NCBI GenBank assembly: GCA_002811645.1
Contig: PDIP01000112.1
Coordinates: 1 to 64,000 of the forward strand
Direction of reading: 5' to 3'
DNA length: 64,000 nucleotides
Origin: Corallochytrium limacisporum Hawaii
Taxonomy: Eukaryota > Protista > Pluriformea
In this document: positions 31,755 through 44,630 of the stretch, one piece after another
Position numbering within the stretch: position 1 is the first letter of the stretch
Layout: every line of letters begins with the position of its first letter
Program-made: the position numbers and the translations under genes
Notes under the pieces: generated by a model
Databases searched by the model: none
Told to the model about the DNA's origin: nothing
The model's input: the letters and a program-made list of their open reading frames with translations, nothing else

Positions 31755-32522
31755 AGAATCTTGACCATATATATCCTATAGTTAAGCTCCCCACCCCATC
31801 ACCACCTTGAGCGCTCCCGTTGGCCACATATAGCCATGAAAATGGGCGTTACGACTCCCTCCTCAAACCAAAAGCAAACCCATTAATTATCCGGAGGCTT
31901 CTAATTTAATGCTTTTTTGAGTGTTGGTGTACCACGGTACTCTTTCTATCGGCAAGGGAACACCCTGCGCCCCCAAGGGGGAGTGTATGGAATGGGACAG
32001 GAGGCGATGGAGATAACCGTCCCCCGTCTCGGGCGATGCATCCGCCATGGTGACGATCTGAATGATTGGCTTCTTTAATTCCCATACGCGTTACGCATCG
32101 GAAGTAGAAGGATCATAGATACCATGCACTCACAGCCGACATGGTCATTGAACTTGAAGGTGCACTGTTTAGCAGGAGGAGAGCTGGAAATGTCAGACTC
32201 GGAACAGGTCGACAACGCAGCCGCACGCTTCAAGGAACGCAGTTTCTTGAGCAGGAGATGGTTGGCGTAGCTCATGTTGGGTTCGAGCTGCAAAATTTCA
32301 AGGTTCTGGCCCAGATTGGGCCCCTTACTGGGAGTAGATCCCGTTGGTATACTCTGTGTGGCGGTGACCGTCCACCACCAGTGCAGATTCGTCCGAACAC
32401 GGCTTCCCATAACTGATAACCTAACTTTGTATCATTAATTCAGGTACCATCATTGAAATCACGGGAATACCACTGGCCACCAACGCACCTGTCTCCCCAA
32501 ACACACACACACACACACACTG

Positions 32523-33095
32523 CTCTCTCTCTCTCTTTCTCTCATTCCTCTCTACTCTCTCTCTCTCTTTCTCTCATTCCTCTCTACTCTCTCTCTCTCG
32601 TTCTCTCATTCCTCTCTACTCTCTCTCTCTCTTTCTCTCATTCCTCTCTACTCTCTCTCTCTCTTTCTCTCATTCCTCTCTACTCTCTCTCTCTCTTTCT
32701 CTCATTCCTCTCTACTCTCTCTCTCTCTTTCTCTCATTCCTCTCTACTCTCTCTCTCTCTTTCTCTCATTCCTCTCTACTCTCTCTCTCTCTTTCTCTCA
32801 TTCCTCTCTACTCTCTCTCTCTCTTTCTCTCATTCCTCTCTACTCNNNNNNNNNNNNNNNNNNNNNNNNNNNNNNNNNNNNNNNNNNNNNNNNNNNNNNN
32901 NNNNNNNNNNNNNNNNNNNNNNNNNNNNNNNNNNNNNNNNNNNNNNNNNNNNNNNNNNNNNNNNNNNNNNNNNNNNNNNNNNNNNNNNNNNNNNNNNNNN
33001 NNNNNNNNNNNNNNNNNNNNNNNNNNNNNNNNNNNNNNNNNNNNNNTCTCTCTCTCTTTCTCTCATTCCTCTCTACTCTCTCTCTCTCTCTCTCG
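32523..33095. repeat. Pyrimidine-rich minisatellite, unit about 30 bp ((CT)nTTCTCTCATTCCTCTCTA), spanning assembly gap 32846-33046
   Basis: About ten copies read directly before the gap and the repeat continues after it. Confidence 0.92.
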
Positions 33096-36000
33096 TCCAT
33101 TACTCGCCTTGTCTTGGCTCTTGTTCCGTACTAAAGATTTTAGTTACACCCGCTCCCGCTGTGTGTGTGCACCGGCTTCCGTTTTGTCGCACTAAAATAG
33201 AACTCGTTAAACAAACAAACCGGTGCGAGAGTTGGGGCCCACTTCCCAAGCGATTTGGCTGGTTGATTGGAACCTTTTCTATCCCTCTCTTCTTCAAAAA
33301 ATGAAATCTAACTCTTCCCTTCTCTCTTTTCTGAATGTTCCTTTCTCTATTTTAATCTTCCCTCTCCGCGCCCGACTTCTCTCGGTCGCTACCCGCAGGC
33401 AAAATATCTCTTTTTCTTTCTTTATCGACCCCTCCCCCTAAATCCGAAGAGAATCAAAACCAGAAACTCTCCGCACCTGAACTTCTTGTGAGATCGGTTT
33501 CAGCAGAAACCGTTGGGTATCTTCAACACACCTGGAAATTCGCCAATGTTACACACACCCCACTGATGAGGTAGTCAAATCGATGACAGCAGTGCAACGA
33601 ATGTTCGTCAAACCCGTCGTGATCATCGGCCCAAGCGAGGCGAGTGGTAACTTCCTCCTTGGTTCACACAGCATCCCGTACCTGCGTAATCTGGAAAGGC
33701 TTCCCCACCGATGCGATTCATCACGGGGCAGAGGGGCCACAATCACACCATGCTCGAACCGCAGCCATCCATCACATATCTGGCATGGCCAGCCATGCTT
33801 TGCCGTATGTTCGATTGCAGTACAAATTCCCGGCGCGTATTGCGAACGTTGGTGTTTTCAGAGGATAACCAACCAAAAAAAAAAACCCCGCTCGATGAGG
33901 GTTTTCCAGGACGCTTGCTGCTGACGTGCTTGTGCGTTGCACGACATGTGACTTTGCTTCAGCACGAAATAAACAAAGGAGCGGTTGGACACCAAAAGGA
34001 GCGGACGACCCGGTATTCGAGAGAGAACTAACAAAAGACACACACGCAGGAGACCGGTACTTCTATACCAGACGCCGACGAAGAGAATAAAGGGAAATTA
34101 AAGTAATGGAACTTCTTTTTGAGACTGATGTGTTGTGGGGAGTGGCCTTAATAGAGTTTGTACTACAAAACAATCATGCTTTGGACATTTCGCGGCCGTG
34201 TGTCCTGTCGAAAGCTTTTATTATTGGTCCTTTTTCTTTTTCCTTCGCTTCAGTTTTTCTCTATTACCGGTTCTCCCTTTGTTTCTTCGTTGTCCAAGTC
34301 CTTTCCATCGATGCATCCCTCCACTCTCTCTCTCTCCCTCTCTGCCACTCTGTGGGTGGCAGGTGTCTCTGTATCCCCTTGTTGCACTGTGTGTTCCACG
34401 TCCCCCCGGTCATTTGTTTGCTATTTGTTTCAGCTGCCCCTGGATACGGATAAGCGCCTCCCATGTCAACACCCTCCTCTCCCCCCCCTCCCTCTTTTCT
34501 TTCGTTCGCGGTCGTATGCAATGTGTGTCGCTTGCGCGTTTGTTCGACCTTAATTTTTCCTTTGTGTGTGTGTGCCGGAGGGAGGGGGTCTTGGTCATTG
34601 CTATCTCGCGCCCGACTATTTCTCCTGATGTCTTCCACCACCACCAACGGCACTCTCTTGTTCTGGAAAATTCACCTATGGTCAACAGCCGGGATGGTAT
34701 GCAGAACGTTTATTATATGAAATGTTCGTTTCCCGGAACCAGGACATGTCTAATCCGCCTGCTAGACCCCGGCGTTTGAGGAAGGTCCGCGTGGTAAAAG
34801 TACGTCTCCCTGTGCTCAGTACTTTCAGTACCGACATATCCCCGCTCCCGCAGTTTGCCAAGACCGCCGCCGCCCCCTCCCCTTCCCTTTCTTTTGCTCG
34901 GGTTGGGGAGGGGGGGAGAGGAAGTGGAGGCGAGCCAAGCGCGGGGACGCTTGGCGCTGTAGAACCCTCGCTCAAATTCGCCCGAGCTTGCCGGTATGGC
35001 ACCATCTCTCAGAGCCCTTCCTTCGGTTTCTTTTTTTTTTCGTTTCATTTTTGCTGGAGGGCGGGTATACATTATATATTGAATGTGGTCACTGAGTGAT
35101 TCTGCAGCTGGTTTCTGGAACAAAAAAAATAACCCAGCGCTCTCGTTTCCCCTCTTCCTTCCCCTTAACTCCACTTCAACTGGCCCACGTCGTCTGCTGC
35201 TACTGCCGTCCTCGGTGGGGGAACCCAGGACAACGAGAAGGACGCACAAAGGGGCCCCCGTAGGGGGGGGGGTAAAAGACTTCTCCCGCTTCTTCCAGTA
35301 CTAAACATACTGCGCCACCACCATTCACTGAGGGAGGCAAGGTAGCGCAGGCAGCGAGTGTTTGGATCATTTTTCCTTTTCCCTTCAGGGATTCAAGAAG
35401 GAATTTTTTTTTCCTCTTTCTTTTTGTTTCCATTTCCTTCGCCTCTCGTTATTTGAGTGGGGGGGGGTTTCAGCTACCGGTGTTTCTGTTTTTTTCTTCC
35501 TTTATACTTCCGTCGAATTTTTGGCAACGACTGGTCTCGAGACCTCCCATGTCAAATAAGGAAAGAAAAATGAAATTTCCGCAAGTGTTCAACGGTATTA
35601 ATATATCCTGTGTATTCAGTATACGGAATTGATTATGGCCATGCAGAGATACCATTCCGTGCCGCCGTATAATTACACCGGTTTATTGGAAAAGTGGTGG
35701 CGGATTACAGGCAGAGAGAGGTAAAAGGGTGGGGGGAGCCATTCACTTTACACACACTGCCGTGTCATAGATCTCGGAGCCTGTTCACGCCCACGCGTCT
35801 GCTGTCGATATTTTTTTCCTCTTTTTTTTTCCCTGGGTAGTTTGCCCACCGTCACCCCCGGTCTTGTGCGCCAGTCTCCTAAGTACTGGATGTATACAAC
35901 TACAGCCGTCCTTTTGATCGCGGCGCGGCTGCTGAACAACCCTCTCTTCCCTTTTCCCTTCCCGCCCGCCCCGTAACACGAATACGCGTGTCAACCATAA

Positions 36001-38086
36001 TACCCTCTCGTCTCTCTCTTTCTCTCGTCTCTCTCTTTCTCTTTCGCCGGTTTGGAGAACCCGTCACCAGCCTGACTCACCACCCGACCGTCGTCGTCCC
36101 CGTTCTTTTCTTTTCTTTTGCCTGCTGCCCCTCCCCCTCTCCACCAACTCTTCCAATTTTGAAGTATTTTTTGTGAGGCCCCCGGAAGGGGCCACCGCAC
36201 ACACCTCGCGTCACAACTTAACTCACACACACACTCTCTCTTTCTCTCGCTCCCTCACACATTAAAGCGGTCCGCCCTTCTCTCCTCTCTAACAATCAAA
36301 AATAATGAAACAAAGAAAAAGAGAAAGTGGGACCGAGTATATAAAAAACACACAGCGCTTGTCTCCCCCCACCCCCCCCCCACGAGGGCGGCCGAAAGAT
36401 AAAGGAAACTCGGGGATTACGGACCAGTGACGAAAGCAACAACGCAAAACCCAAAAAATTAAAATCAAAAAGAGAATATCAAAAAAGTAATTTGGGGAGG
36501 GAATTGAAATGGTCCTACTCCCCCCCCCTTCCTCCGCCGGCGGAGGGAGGGGCTAAAGCGTGAGGGAGGAAGGGCGATGACGAACGCGGGGTTTTGTTGT
36601 GATGGGAGCGAAAGTGTGTGGATGGGACTTGGGGGTTTCTTATTTTTTTTTTTGGTTTTTGGAAGGTGACGTTTACCTCTCTCCCCCCCCTCCACTGCCC
36701 CTTTCGTCTCTATTTTCTCACTCTTTCTCTTGGCTACCCGAGATTTCCTTTTCTTTTTTTTTTGTTTGGCTCGCTTGGGCAGACTAAGTAATTTGCATTG
36801 CATGGTCATCATTGGTACCAAACGGTGTCCTATGATGTCAACTTTTTTACACACATTAAGTACTCCCGTGTCCTCCATGAGTATTCGAGAACATGTGGCG
36901 ACGAGGTGAGACTGTAGCGAGCAGGCGTCGCTTGCTAACCGTATCGATACTCTCCCAACTCGAGATTCACATTCATGCGGCGGAGCACACGTGCGGTTGA
37001 TACCCTCTCGCGTCCCTCAGTATATTTTGGCCCGAGAAACTTTGCGTGTAGTGATACCAAGTGATCCGAGAACTCCACTCGACACGCTGCAGGCAGAGGT
37101 GTGACCCCATGAAAACGGAGACGGTGAGAAATTACCTGGGTCCGCCCATGTGTTAAAACACACAAGTGCATTTTATACAGGAAACAACCTTCTCTTGTCA
37201 AGGGAAGGGGAGGGGGAAAAGAAGCAAAGGGGCCCACCAAGAGAAAAAAAATAGAAAAATCCTTCGCCCTTAAAAAAAAAAAAGAGCAAGGGACCCCCGC
37301 GGGGCGGGGGGGGAAGAGAGAGAGAGAGAGAGAAATGAGGAGGTACCCCTCAACCGCCGAGGGGGTCCGCAGTGACGCTTCGAGACCGTATCGTGTGGCA
37401 CACCATACCTAAACAACCAGACTTGTCTGGGGCATGCCGGAGCATTGGGGACAGAAATGATGCAGGGAGAAATGGGGAGAGGAGGCGGTTTCTGGAAAAA
37501 AAAAAAAGAAAAAGCGAAGGAGGGAGAGAGAGAGAGTGTGGAGAGGTGAAAGTGAAGTGAAGTGAAGTGCAGTGCAGTGAGAGAGGGGGGAGAGAGAGGG
37601 GAAGGGAAGGTACCACACACAAAAAGTGGTATTGGTGTAAGACAAGTTTCTAACAAGACACTCGCGGTTGCACAGGGGGGCAAATTTGCTGCGCAGTAAA
37701 AAGGGATTCTGTTTCGTTTGTGGCACACGGCGAAGGACCGCGGACGACGGGCAAACGCTTTTGCGAGTTCTGAAGGCCTCGGCTGTGTTTGTTTTGTAAA
37801 GTATTACTATCCGTCCCCGGTCAATTCGACACACCGGTTTCACGTTTGAGTTTGTTTGAAAAGCGGGTGCCATTGGTTACAACACGAGTAATGATCGAAT
37901 GCACGGGGTTCTCTGTAAAGGTACGAGAAGGAATCAGTGTTGCTGATGCTTCACTCACGCACCCAAAAAAAAAAAGAAGGACTTTGTAACGAACGAGAAC
38001 AAATAACATAAAGAAATAGCGGCGAATTGGAAATTAGCAGCTGTAATTTTGGGAAAGAGTTTAGCCGGCTGAATCTTTTAAACTGA

Positions 38087-39142
38087 ATGCGCATGGTAGT
38101 AACAAGGGGAAAGGCCCACAGTGAGGCTTCTTGGAAAACCTCCGGGCAAGACGGCAGAATTGCAAACCTTGTCAAGGAACAAGCATTTCCTGTTCCGAAT
38201 GGCGGTATGCACCCGGACGTTCCGGGCCTATATATTTTTGACTATGTCGTGAATGAAGCTGAGGAGAAGGTCATTATTAAGCACTTGGAACAAGCAAAGG
38301 GAACGTCCATGACTTTAGAAGAGTATGTACAGGCAAAGAATCAGCAAGACTCGTCCTTGGGTATTCCCATTGTGCCGGCCTTTGGCGACGGACTGAGTGA
38401 CGAAGAGGGCAAAACCTCGGAACCGGAGTCGTCGCCTCCTCCAATCAAGAAGCGCAAGCTACTGCGTGGCCGCAAGCAGGATGCGGACGAAAAGGACTGG
38501 GAGGCCTCGGAAGTATACCAAAATCCTGCCACCCGAGCGCCTCTGGCCTCTGGACGTTTTATCAAAAACTTTGGCCCAGAGGTCATCAAGCCATCCGGCA
38601 TGAGCTGCAGCCAACTGACCGGCATCTTGCCTGACTTGCCCTCGTACAGCGATGAACTAAATGCTCGCGTTTTGAAGTGTATGAAGTCCGTCAAGTCCAA
38701 TGTCAAGCGCAAAGACTACAGCTTCCAGTATCTTCAAGGCAACAAGTACGTCAGTGAGGACGGCCACTGGGTGGACTTTCACGTCGATGAGACTGGCAAA
38801 TTTGGCCCCGCTATTGCGGTCATCTCTCTCGGCCACGACAGCAAGCTGTTCATGCGCCCGAAGGGCAACCCTCGGGAGACTATTACTATAAACCTGCCCC
38901 GCCGCTCCCTCTACGTAATGACCGGCATCAGTCGCTACTACTGGGAGCACTGCATTCCGACCAACAACATTAAGGGCACCCGCATCAGTGTGGTACTGCG
39001 TTCACTCACACCAGAGAACATTCGCAAGGTGCCCCGTACAATGGAAGACCTCGCGGAGCTGTCAGGCACTGGTAGCTTGAACAGTCCTCAGAGGGCCTTG
39101 ACGACATCAAAACCTTCGTGGCGGCAGATTCTAACAACGTAG
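38087..39142 (+). CDS. AlkB-family 2OG-Fe(II) dioxygenase
   Basis: HxD (FHVD), AVISLG, LPRRSLYVMTGISRYYWEHCI, RISVVLR. Confidence 0.88.
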   Translation: MRMVVTRGKAHSEASWKTSGQDGRIANLVKEQAFPVPNGGMHPDVPGLYIFDYVVNEAEEKVIIKHLEQAKGTSMTLEEYVQAKNQQDSSLGIPIVPAFGDGLSDEEGKTSEPESSPPPIKKRKLLRGRKQDADEKDWEASEVYQNPATRAPLASGRFIKNFGPEVIKPSGMSCSQLTGILPDLPSYSDELNARVLKCMKSVKSNVKRKDYSFQYLQGNKYVSEDGHWVDFHVDETGKFGPAIAVISLGHDSKLFMRPKGNPRETITINLPRRSLYVMTGISRYYWEHCIPTNNIKGTRISVVLRSLTPENIRKVPRTMEDLAELSGTGSLNSPQRALTTSKPSWRQILTT

Positions 39143-39444
39143 ATAGCAATGGTCGTCCGTCTATTGTTGCGATCGTATAAAAACGTCTATTCTTGCATTA
39201 CCATTCACGTCCTTACATTTGAGATCTGTGAGACAACCCCCACACTGTTTGTTGTCGGGGCGCCCTTTGCGCACGCCGAAGACATGATATTCCTGCGCAG
39301 TCAGGGGAGTATCCATGGCCACCTTTCTCAACTTTCAAAGACAAGACACAGAACATAATTAAGGTGAAGACTTACTTGTTTTTGATCAACGATGTACTGT
39401 TGTGTCGCTCTTCTGTTTTTCCGGCCGCCAAGTCACAGGACACC

Positions 39445-40464
39445 TTATGTCTTGTATCCCCGATTGTCACGGTAGACCACTTTTTGACGTCTCCTACCAC
39501 TCCGCCCGCTTTGCTCCACAACACGTTGCTCAAGTTCCTGGGGTGTTAGAGTTGTGATTGTTGGCTGCCAGTTTTTGACCTCAGTCTTCTTGCGGACCAC
39601 ACTCGCCACCAGATTGTGAGTGTTGCGGTTTGGGACCCCTTCGGACCTAGTATTCGTCTTCTGCCTAGGTTCAGAAGAATCGCCCGTCTCATCTGGTGCT
39701 TTGCTTTTCTGTAAGCTGTCCTGTTCCTGGACATCGTCTGCAGATGACTCAATAACTATGGCCTCCCTGATCCCACGCTCCACATCCTCTCCACGCAACA
39801 AATTCACTCCATTGAGCAGCTTTGTATGTACGTGGATCTGTTTACGGATGGCATGGGCAATAAGCGTTGGCCAGGTGACTCCTAGGCCGAGTTCCTTACA
39901 GTAGAGTTTAACAAAGGATTCGACATCATTCTCCCCAGCTGTGAGATCCCATTCAAAGCGGTCATGGAGCAACTCATCGCCATTCAGAACATCGAGCGTG
40001 ATCACTACGCGAACATCGTAACCCTCGGGTTGGGAGTAAGGGTGAATGACGTGCTTGTTGCATGCATCGTCTATGGCTTCTCGTATGGAATTGGTTAGCT
40101 GTTCTCCCGTGGCGGTTCGCTTCGGTAGCAACAGGTCCCTTCGCAGCAATTCCGCAAACACTGTCGGGTCTAAACCTTCCTCGTTCTTGTTCCACAGAAA
40201 GACGTCCCGGACAGATCCAAGATCATTCTCGAGTTCCAAATCTACTGTGACCGGCACCAGCTCCACATTGTCACTTCCTCGGTACTTATCAATTGGATTG
40301 CCATTTTCGTCGACAACGTCATCCGCTAATAAAATAGGTAAATCCACGTTTGGCAATTTCCAAGAATGTTTTACACTCGGGTGGCGATTACCCCGGCGTT
40401 CTGCACACTCAGCAGTGATCAGCATTGGCGGTCTTCTGCCACCAGGTGGCGGACTATATGCCAT
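39445..40464 (-). CDS. SNF5/SMARCB1/Sfh1-family chromatin remodelling subunit
   Basis: RPT1 (ELVPVTVDLE..RDVFLWNKNE..FAELL), RPT2 (DRFEWDL..F..CKELGL..IAHAIRKQI) and C-terminal WQP..LT..ELE. Confidence 0.88.
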   Translation of the reverse strand: MAYSPPPGGRRPPMLITAECAERRGNRHPSVKHSWKLPNVDLPILLADDVVDENGNPIDKYRGSDNVELVPVTVDLELENDLGSVRDVFLWNKNEEGLDPTVFAELLRRDLLLPKRTATGEQLTNSIREAIDDACNKHVIHPYSQPEGYDVRVVITLDVLNGDELLHDRFEWDLTAGENDVESFVKLYCKELGLGVTWPTLIAHAIRKQIHVHTKLLNGVNLLRGEDVERGIREAIVIESSADDVQEQDSLQKSKAPDETGDSSEPRQKTNTRSEGVPNRNTHNLVASVVRKKTEVKNWQPTITTLTPQELEQRVVEQSGRSGRRRQKVVYRDNRGYKT

Positions 40465-43400
40465 TTTCTTCTAAAAATAGTACGACTTTCTATTCCGAAT
40501 ACTCACATCATTATGTCACATTTTCAAACATTGTACCTCATGTAGTGACGATCCCAGGATCGAGAAACATAGACTTCTCTTGACAAGATCATGCGCCAAC
40601 CCACGTCGCCGATCAAACGGCACAATTCCTTTGTTGAACGTTGAATCGCCATCGCTCTGCTTGTACGCCATGTTCCGAAAATACCATTGGCCAACGATAC
40701 CACCGTATGGATGTGTATGTCGGCAACAACGGTATGACAGCAAGACCCCATGGACTGCAGTTTCACGCCTTTTCGCGCTCTCATTTCTCCACCCCGCAGT
40801 GGGCGAAGCCTCCCAAAAACGTCGAATTTCCAAAGATTCAAGTATATTGAAAGGCAAGACGAGAAGGGGTTCCATATCTTCAGTGTCACATAAGAATTAT
40901 ATATATACGTACTTCTACAAAAATCCGGCAGTAAGCCCAGAGACCAGAATGATACAAGAGTCCGCAAATATAAGTGAATCAATTTACAGGAGTCTAATTT
41001 CAAAGACCTAAGAAGTCATCTTGGCAAGATTACTTAGCGAAAGGGGGCGCCTGGTTACAAGGACCCCACCGTTGCGCAACTTGACCCTCCTCTTTCGATT
41101 TCGGGGGTCCGCAAAAATCGATGGTCGGGTGCCCTTTGCATTCCAGGCTCCCTCTGCCTCTCGGGGAACCTCAGCAGGAAACCAGTGCCGCCAGTACAGA
41201 TCAAGGGACAAACATCCAGTCCGCATGCACTCTGACGTTCAAGTGTACGGGAAAAAGACAGTTGCTGTACGTTGGATACGTTGTTGTCCGGGTGGCGCTA
41301 AGCTTATGTTTACCAGTCACCATTGGCTCTTGGTCATTGCCACCCTCTACCCCGCTTCTCAACGCGCGGTTGTTGTCTGGGGCCGAATGGTGGTGGTGGT
41401 GAGTATTAGGAAAGAAAAGAGCGTGAGTACTGTTCTGAGTGAGCACCGGTGGATTCGGAGGCATAAACTGTGAAAGGTTCCGGGGTTCCGCTGGGTGTGG
41501 AGATTCTGTGGCCGGGTCTAATGGGAGGGCCGTCCCAAGTTCTCCATATACAGACAGTCCTGCCACCTCCACAGTTTCTTATATTATATTCTTCATGATA
41601 GCTATCGTAGCCATCATCAGCGGTCCTCAACAACTGCATGCGGACGTGTCAACACAATCCCTGCGAATGTGGTTTGGTCCCTTCCCTAATCATCATACCT
41701 GGATCGGCTCGACCGCTCCCGGAAGACGCGCAGAGATTCGCCTGCAAGGTACTCTTCCACGCCGACACATCAACTTGGACCATACCCAGTTATTGTCCAT
41801 GACCACGATCTCAAAACAATTGACCTCAAGAAAATCTTGAGATATAGCCTCTCTTGGAACCTAAACAAACGGCTAGCCTGCAAAGTTGGGTTGCACAATG
41901 GTGAGGCAACGGTGTAACAACGGTACATTCACTATAAATATTCATGGTCACATGTTCAAAACGTCAGAATTGAGGTCAGAGTGAAATTCCTAAATTGTTT
42001 AAACTCCTTGTTATGGGGAAATGAATCATATGAGTCCACGCTGTGAATGAGGGCGGGTGCGACTGACGACGCGTCGAAGGTACTCTTTATTCAAACATTT
42101 GCTATTAAATACGTATCACGAGACGTTCGCCATCTGCGTCAAAACCAGTCCAATGAGCACGGCCAAAGAATGGACTGGGGGTATGGCCGAGAAATTCGTA
42201 AACGCGAACCCATGTGCAAGCAGCTCCAAAGCAGGAATAAACGAAAAGGTATTGCGATGAGAGCACGCGAGTCGTTCCGCCGCCTACGCCGGCCATCCAG
42301 TCACATCTCCCCGGCATCAGCACAGTCATGCAGTACCCCCGATAGGCGGAAAATGCAACATGGTCATCCTAGTATGGCTAGACATAGAGTCTGGAGCGCA
42401 TCTTGATATCGTACTGCTTCGATTGTGTTAATTTGTAGGCTTGCTCTTGATCTCATGTACCTGGGTATGCGAGCCCGATGTTGTGCGTGTCTTGCGACGA
42501 TTTCTACAACGATGGCATCAGTACGGAGGTCAGTAGTTGACTAAATGGTTTGGTAATTCCCTCAGCGGAGTTCGCTTATTAGACTGGTGTACCTGATCGA
42601 CAAAAGTCGCGCAGTGCTTTTTTCAGGGAACCGCGGGCCAATACTGCGCCGCTTTGCAACAGCTCTCCTCTCGAGTTTGATCCGTCTCATTCGTCGCGAC
42701 CTACTGAACGTACCTAGCCACTTTCGAGCACTCCAGCCGAGAAGAGCCAGATCTGTCGCCACAGACAGCGCTCAATCTACTGCAGCAACTGCGGGTTTTC
42801 TGCCGGGGCGGGCTCGTCACAGCACCCAAGTACGGCTTGTTTATTTGCCCCACAGATTTTGCTCGCCTATGTGTTGTGCTCTCATGCGGCCCCCAATTAT
42901 TGTACAACAATGTGGACAGCGGTAATGGCGGACAGTACGGAAATGTAAATGTAAACCCAAATATTTATATAGTCCGTATATGTATATAGAATTTCAATAC
43001 TGTGTACATATAATTATGCACAATATATAGTGTATCCGTATATCTTCCAGATAAGCCATTTCATCGGATCATTCCCATCTTCCTCCCTACCGGAGAAACT
43101 GAAGAAAAAAAAATAATGGCCGAGAAAAGAAAAACTCACGCGAAGAAGAGCTCGAAAGGAATGTGTATACTAGAGAGTACCATACTTCAATCAACGACGA
43201 CGATACCTCCCCTGAAACCTTAAGAATTGGGTTTCGATACCCTGTGTGAAAGAGTAACATATTTAGTTCGCACAATATGCCCACTCTATCAATTCCTTTT
43301 TCCTCATTCTTACGTGCTTACAAAGAGAAGATTTTATTTTTGCGCCGTTCTGCGGGCAAGTCTACGGTGAGACGGGGAGTCGCAGGAATGAGGAGTCTGG

Positions 43401-43625
43401 ACACGGGCCCGGAAAATTGCCGACAGAACGTGCATGCATTAAGCTCCAGTTCAGAACATATGGAGAGCCACAAGTGTCGATGTGGAAGGTTGAACAATGG
43501 TTCCCAAATCTGTACCTTTAGGGGCATAAACACGGCAAAAGGCCGGTGGTGTCTGTATCAAACCACCAGTGGGCTATGGTGGTGCTACGCATATATTCAC
43601 TATAGAAAACTTTGAAAAGGTAAAA

Positions 43626-43755
43626 AGGGCCTGGTGGATCGCCAGCTGACACCGTTTGTCCGAAGGACCCGAGGTACCTTCCGGGCAGACGGAGCTGATA
43701 TGAGCGCAATCCGCGGCACATCGAACTCGATACATGCTTACCGAGAACAGGCCCT
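43626..43755. ncRNA. Structured element of about 130 nt, unknown class
   Basis: Terminal 8-bp helix AGGGCCTG/CAGGCCCT enclosing an 11-bp helix 43652-43662/43682-43692 plus further stems; on the minus strand it is followed by a T5 run. Confidence 0.35.
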
Positions 43756-44630
43756 AAAACTAACCAGAATAAACAATAGTACAGGTGTCACGGAAAATGG
43801 TTAGTGGGTTTAAACCCACCGGAATGGACCACAGCGGTCACCCACGCACTTGCGTAAACCGAAAGAAAGTTGAACCGCGCCTTCCGTCTTGCTACATACC
43901 CTCAGAGGACAAATAACACAGCTGGGACGATGGACTGCTGCGAGAGCTGTAGGTGCCGCAAGGGGCGGGCTTGTGTTGTCTCGCCGAGGATTGGTTCGGA
44001 TGGTGTGGGTGAGAAAACGGTTTCACGATGAGACACACAGACAAGAACGGAAGTAAATACAAAACCTACCGCGGCAGAATGCATTAGGAGATTTTTTTTT
44101 CTGACTGAGGTACTGTAGAAGAAGCAGCGCCAGGGGAAAAGGCGGAGAAAAGTCCGGCTGGGGCGGGGGAAAAGGGGAAGGCTGGTAGGCGAGGTAGGAA
44201 GATGGTGTTGAGCTTGTGCTTATATTCCTCCTCCCAAGTTTTTTATACTTATTATATTGAAACTAATTTGGCAGACCACTAAGAGGCGCAGAAATTGTTG
44301 TGGGCGATCGCTCTTCGAGTCCGAGTGTCTGCAAATGTCCCCTGCCGTCGGTTTGTCGTGTGCGCAGATCACCGGAGTAGTTTGGCGCTCTTCACACTTG
44401 GGTTGCTATCGTCATTAGGACAAATAGGGAAGAGTAAGCGGTTTGCATGTTATGACTCATATCATGCCACGGTCGCCGGTGACGAACAGCACAAATCTGA
44501 AGATCGGGAATGGTATTTAATGAAACCGTGTTATGATCCATTCTCTGCAGGTAGGTCGGAAATCAAGCTCAAAAATTTTGATAGCAAGGTGTACAGCATA
44601 GTGCACTAGAAAAATACAGCTACCATCAAC

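Noticed and set aside
32523-32845. CRISPR-like periodicity
   Set aside because: No unique spacers, no cas genes, eukaryotic context; it is a minisatellite.
32453-33304. 283-aa Leu/Ser-rich ORF and other ORFs crossing N gaps or microsatellites (also 52812-53579 and 59835-60468)
   Set aside because: Translations of simple repeats and Ns.
33562-33610. CTGATGAG hammerhead-like core
   Set aside because: No stem II followed by GAAA.
40516-42925. Several 100-160 aa ORFs between SNF5 and the sterol oxidase
   Set aside because: No motifs, atypical composition and mutually overlapping; not supportable as genes.
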